Positions 59,942 through 64,000 of a DNA stretch of 64,000 nucleotides are shown here, in pieces (positions within the stretch are counted from its first letter, which is position 1; each line of letters starts with the position of its first letter). Source of the DNA: Octopus sinensis (lineage: Eukaryota). The translations under genes and the position numbers were made by a program. Location of the stretch: positions 194,618,001 to 194,682,000 of the forward strand of contig NC_042997.1 in NCBI RefSeq assembly GCF_006345805.1, in the 5' to 3' direction. The notes under the pieces were generated by a model. That model ran no database searches. It saw only the letters and a list, made by a program, of their open reading frames with translations, and was not told the origin of the DNA.

Positions 59942-61200
59942 CAGGGGTTGGACAGAATAATGGAAACACCTAGCATCATAGCATCAGAATTTTTAAATAT
60001 CTATAAAACCGTCAAAAGCTTGTTTATTTTTATGTTCTTTGATTTATTATTAGTGTTGCTTAATGTCTTGCTAAAATTGCTGTTTCTTTTCAGATATCAT
60101 CAGAAAAAGGTAATTGAAATTCATTAAAACGACAGATCTATCGAACTTTCAAAGAGGTCAAATTGTTGGTGTCATGGTAGGTGCTAGCTGCTGAAATGTT
60201 CTGTGTATCAAGAAGTAGTGTCTTGAAAGTAATGACAGCCTTTGAGAAAGAGGAAAAACCTGCTCGTGGAAACAAAACTCCGGAAGGAGACCACACCTTT
60301 CAGATAGGGACCGTTGGACTCTTACACAAATTGTTAGAAAGATGATCCAAAGCTGTACTTTACATCAAAGTACAGCTCAAAATATTACTGCAGAGCTTAA
60401 TGACCACCTCAAGAACCCAGTTTCCACAAAAACTGTTTGCCGGGAGCTGCATAAAGCCAGATTTCACGAGAGGGCTTCTATCAGAAAACCACTACTTTCA
60501 AAAACAAACGTTGCAAAGCATTTAGAGTGGTGTAAAAACCTACAGAATTGGTCCCTAGAGCAGTGGAAGAATGTTCTTTTCTCAGATGAGTCCCTATTTC
60601 TGACCACCAGCTGAGTACGTGTGTGGAGACAGTGAAAAGAAACATTTGACCCAGACTGCCTTATTCCAACTGTTAAACATCATCATCATCATTTAACGTC
60701 CGCTTTCCATGCTAGCATGGGTTGGACGGTTCAACTGGGGTCTGGGAAGCCAGAAGGCTGCACCAGGCCCAGTCTGATCTGGCAGTGTTTCTACAGCTGG
60801 GGGGGGGGGGCTTATCTTGGAAATCTGCCAGTCCAATGATTTCCCTTCATGGCAGAATTAATAGTCAAGACTAAGCATTTTATCTGATCAAATTCATCCT
60901 ATGGTTGTGGAACTGTTTCCAGAGGAAAACAGTAATATTTCAGGGTAATAATACACCACTTCACACAGCTAAAGTTGTTAATAATGGCACAAGGAACATT
61001 CTAGTGAAGTGGAACATCTTATCTGGCCACCACAGTGGTGCATTTAGAAAAACAAGTAAGGAGTCGATATCCTCCATCATCACTACAAGAACTGGAGACT
61101 ATTTCATCTGAAGAATGGACAAAAATTCTTTGGAAACAATTCAAACTTTGTATGAGCCAATTGAAGCTGTAATTACTGCCAAAGGCAGTAATTCAGAACT
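59942..61200 (+). mobile_element. Tc1-like transposon relic (left TIR present), interrupted by a SINE at 60680-60800
   Basis: TA|CAGGGGTTGGACAGAATAATGGAAACACC; RKPLLSKTNVAKHLEWCK..WKNVLFSDES. Confidence 0.88.
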
Positions 61201-61233
61201 TATGAAAGCAATGATAAAGGCATGAAATTTTAC

Positions 61234-61381
61234 CTTGGTCCTCTTGACAAAGAGCTGGATTGTTGACAATTTTCTTACTCTTTGTAGCAAAGTTCAGCGT
61301 ACAGTAGGTGTTGTAGTAGCATCTCTCTTCAGGTGCAATAGTTGCAAGCAACAGTGCGGAACTTCTACCACCAAAGGAGTC
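61234..61381 (-). CDS. KIF22: KIF22-like kinesin motor C-terminal exon (DSFGGRSSALLLATIAPEERCYYNTYCTLNFATKSKKIVNNP...)
   Basis: TTTCTACCAG acceptor, GTAAAA donor, 148 nt, phase 0-1; resembles KIF22 DSLGGSAHSILIANIAPE..LNFAARSKEVINRP. Confidence 0.95.
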
Positions 61382-61555
61382 CTGGTAGAAAGAAAATTAG
61401 AAAACCGTAACAGAGATGAGCATGGATGTGTGGTTAAGGCATTTGTTTCACAACCACATGGTTCCAGATTCAATCCTACTGAACAGCTACTTCAGCAAAT
61501 GTCTCCTACCAGAGTCTCAGGTTAAGCAATAGCTTCGGAAAAGATACAGTTCTAT

Positions 61556-62010
61556 ATTTAAGAGATGAGGAATTATGTACATTCGACATATTTGTCCTCA
61601 TCTTTGTTGTTAACACAACGTTTCAGCTGATATACCCTCCAGCCTTCTTAAGGTGTCTTGGGGAAATTTCAAACCTGGGTTATCATTCCTAAGGTATTTT
61701 TCAATATTATTATTATTATTATTATTATTATTGAACACTAACAATAAGGTATTTTTCGATATTATTATTGAACACTAACAATAAAGTATTTTTCGATATT
61801 ATTATTATTGAACACTAACAATAAAGTATTTTTCGATATTATTATTATTGAACACTAACAACAATAATATCAAAAAATACCATAGGAATGAGAACTCAGG
61901 GTCGAAATTTCCCCAAGACACCTGAAGAAGGCTAGAGGGTATATCAGCTGAAACATTATGTTAGCAACAAACAAGATGAGGACAAATATCTGAATGTAAA
62001 TAATGTTCTA
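61556..62010. repeat. Fold-back: inverted pair of hammerhead-tail repeats flanking a short tandem repeat
   Basis: About 61590-61705 is inverted relative to 61865-61990. The centre holds 4 copies of GTATTTTTCGATATTATTATTGAACACTAACAATAA. Confidence 0.85.
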
Positions 62011-62109
62011 AAAAGATTTTGATAAATTGAAATTATGCAGAAGCCCTACATGATGGTGCGCAAGAATGTGTGCACATGCACATATCTTTCACTGATGTAC
62101 ATCAGTGTC

Positions 62110-62292
62110 ATCATCATCATCATCATCCACTTTCCATGCTAGCATGGGTTTGACGGTTCAACTGGGGTCTGGGAAGCCTGAAGGCTGCACCAGGCCCAGT
62201 CTGATCTGGCAGTGTTTCTACAGCTGGATGCCCTTCCTAACGCCAACCACTCCATGAGAGTAGTGGGTGCTTTTTACGTGCCACCCGCACAG
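62110..62292 (-). mobile_element. Meta-core SINE
   Basis: Family match. Confidence 0.8.
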
Positions 62293-63504
62293 TGTAAATA
62301 TAAAAAACCCTAATTAGCCTGCTGGAGGCCTGTAATTCACGATGCTAATGTTCTCAAACTGCATTACCTTTTACTTGTGTTTCAATCATTAGGCTGCAGC
62401 CATACTAGGAGATTGCCTTGAAGGGTTTTCATCACATTAACCCCAGCCAGTCATCATTTTAACGTCCGTTTTCCATGCTGGCATGGGTCAGACGGTTGGG
62501 AATGAGATCAGGAACAAGGACACTGCTTGCCTGACAGAGACATTCATTTACAATCATCATGCAACATTATGAAACATACATGAACATAGACAGAAGCTTC
62601 TTTCAGTTTCCATCTACTAAATCCTCTCAAGCCTTTAGACACCAGGGTTACAGCACAAGAGACTTCTTTAAAATGCCACACAATGGGACTGAACTCAGAA
62701 CTATGTAATTGGGAATCAGACTTACTACACAACTACACCAGCACCTATGAAAACAATCAACAATGGCATATCCAACCATCTATGGAATGTTTTGATTTTA
62801 CACCTGAAGCCCTCTTAAAAAGGTTATCTCTATATAAACGGCAAAATGTCGCACAAACATACACACACACGACAGATGCACAAACATACACACACACACG
62901 ACAGGCTTCTTTCAGTTTCCGTCCACCAAATCCACTCACAAGGCTTTGGTCGACCCGAGGCTATAGTAGAAGACACTCACCCAAGGTGTCATGCAGTGGG
63001 ACTGAACCCGGAACCACGTGGTTTGTAACAGGTGACCAGACCAATGAATTTTAGTTAGAGCTCAAAACAGTTAACAACAAACAAGATGAGGACAAATATC
63101 CGAATGTAAATAATGTTCTCTGTGTGTGTGTGTGTGTGTGTATCCTTTATACAAATCCACAATTTTTCAGTTAGAGGGCTCGCACTTTCTATGGTCATTC
63201 AAAACCGTCCAAGGGTGGTCGTGCACATCTTTACATTTCCCCAGTCACCCCACAAAGCCATTAAAAAAAAATCAATAGAAGTGACTTTTTTGTGAATTTT
63301 CTATCCAAAACCCAATCAAAATGCCCGAAACTTGATACGCCAATTGAATGCCAGCTAGCTGTATGTGATTGGTTGGAGATTTGGATAGTACTCGCATGTA
63401 TGTGCGCACGCACACAGCTGTATATGCATGCACTAGCAATATGACCTGGCAACGCCGGGTCATAGTGCTAGTTCATAAATGTAATTCTTGAAAATCATGT
63501 TTAC

Positions 63505-63549
63505 CTGTAAAAGTCTTGTAAGTTTACTGTCTCGATAGGGTATCCTTTT
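63505..63549 (-). CDS. KIF22: Kinesin motor exon (KRIPYRDSKLTRLLQ)
   Basis: TTTTTTCAG acceptor, GTAAAC donor, 45 nt, phase 0-0; hallmark kinesin IPYRDSKLTRLLQ motif. Confidence 0.96.
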
Positions 63550-63679
63550 CTGAAAAAAAAATAAAGATTGGGATACAATGAGAAAATGAAAATACAATAA
63601 AGTAAAATATTTTTATTTAAAAAAAAATAATTTTCTTTACCTCATTTGTGATTTGAAAATTTTGATCCCTTACTCTTTT

Positions 63680-64000
63680 ACTCGTTTCAGTTATATGACT
63701 ATGGCCATGCTGGAGCAACGCCTTTAGTCGAGCAAATTGACCCCAGGACTTATTCTATTCATCTCTTTTGCCGAACTGCTAAGTTACGGGGACGTAAACA
63801 CACCAGCATCGGTTGTCAAATGATGTTGGGGAACAAACAGACACACAAACATACACGCGCACACACATGTACGTACGCACGTACACAGGCGCACACACGA
63901 CAGGCTTCTTTCAGTTATTGTCCACCAAATCCACTCTCAAGGCTTTTGTTGGCCCGAGGCTATAGTAGAAGACACTTGCCCAAGGTGCCACGCAGTGGGA
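63680..64000 (-). mobile_element. OK-like SINE
   Basis: Family match, runs off the window. Confidence 0.8.

Noticed and set aside
61710-61865. CRISPR-like array
   Set aside because: Units are head-to-tail with no unique spacers, in a eukaryotic context with no cas genes; it is a tandem repeat.

Overview
AT-rich animal genomic DNA, very probably octopus or another coleoid cephalopod (inferred from the SINE families and (TA)n content). Right third (45.9-63.5 kb): nine phase-compatible coding exons of a minus-strand KIF22/Kid-like kinesin-10 gene (motor C-terminus IPYRDSKLTRLLQ|DSFGG...LNFATKSKKIVNNP through the helix-hairpin-helix tail and stop). The ORF track mostly misses these exons. Its introns are packed with SINEs, MITEs, a Tc1 relic and a sense-strand U6 copy. 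Left two thirds (about 1.8-40.5 kb): a near-continuous stack of truncated transposon fragments (piggyBac, hAT, Merlin, pogo, Penelope-like, CR1, Tx1, RTE, R2), with essentially every recognisable coding fragment on the + strand, i.e. antisense to transcription running off the kinesin gene. Inside it, at 27-34.6 kb, is a tandem array of diverged R2-A-type retrotransposons that is not in an intact rDNA unit. The array ends in a short internally deleted copy headed by an HDV-like ribozyme that carries its own 28S-like target sequence, followed by a decayed 28S fragment. Several Penelope-type hammerhead ribozymes occur, one with an unusual 19-bp hairpin in stem II. All calls are by eye; repeat boundaries are approximate, while exon and ribozyme coordinates were counted base by base.
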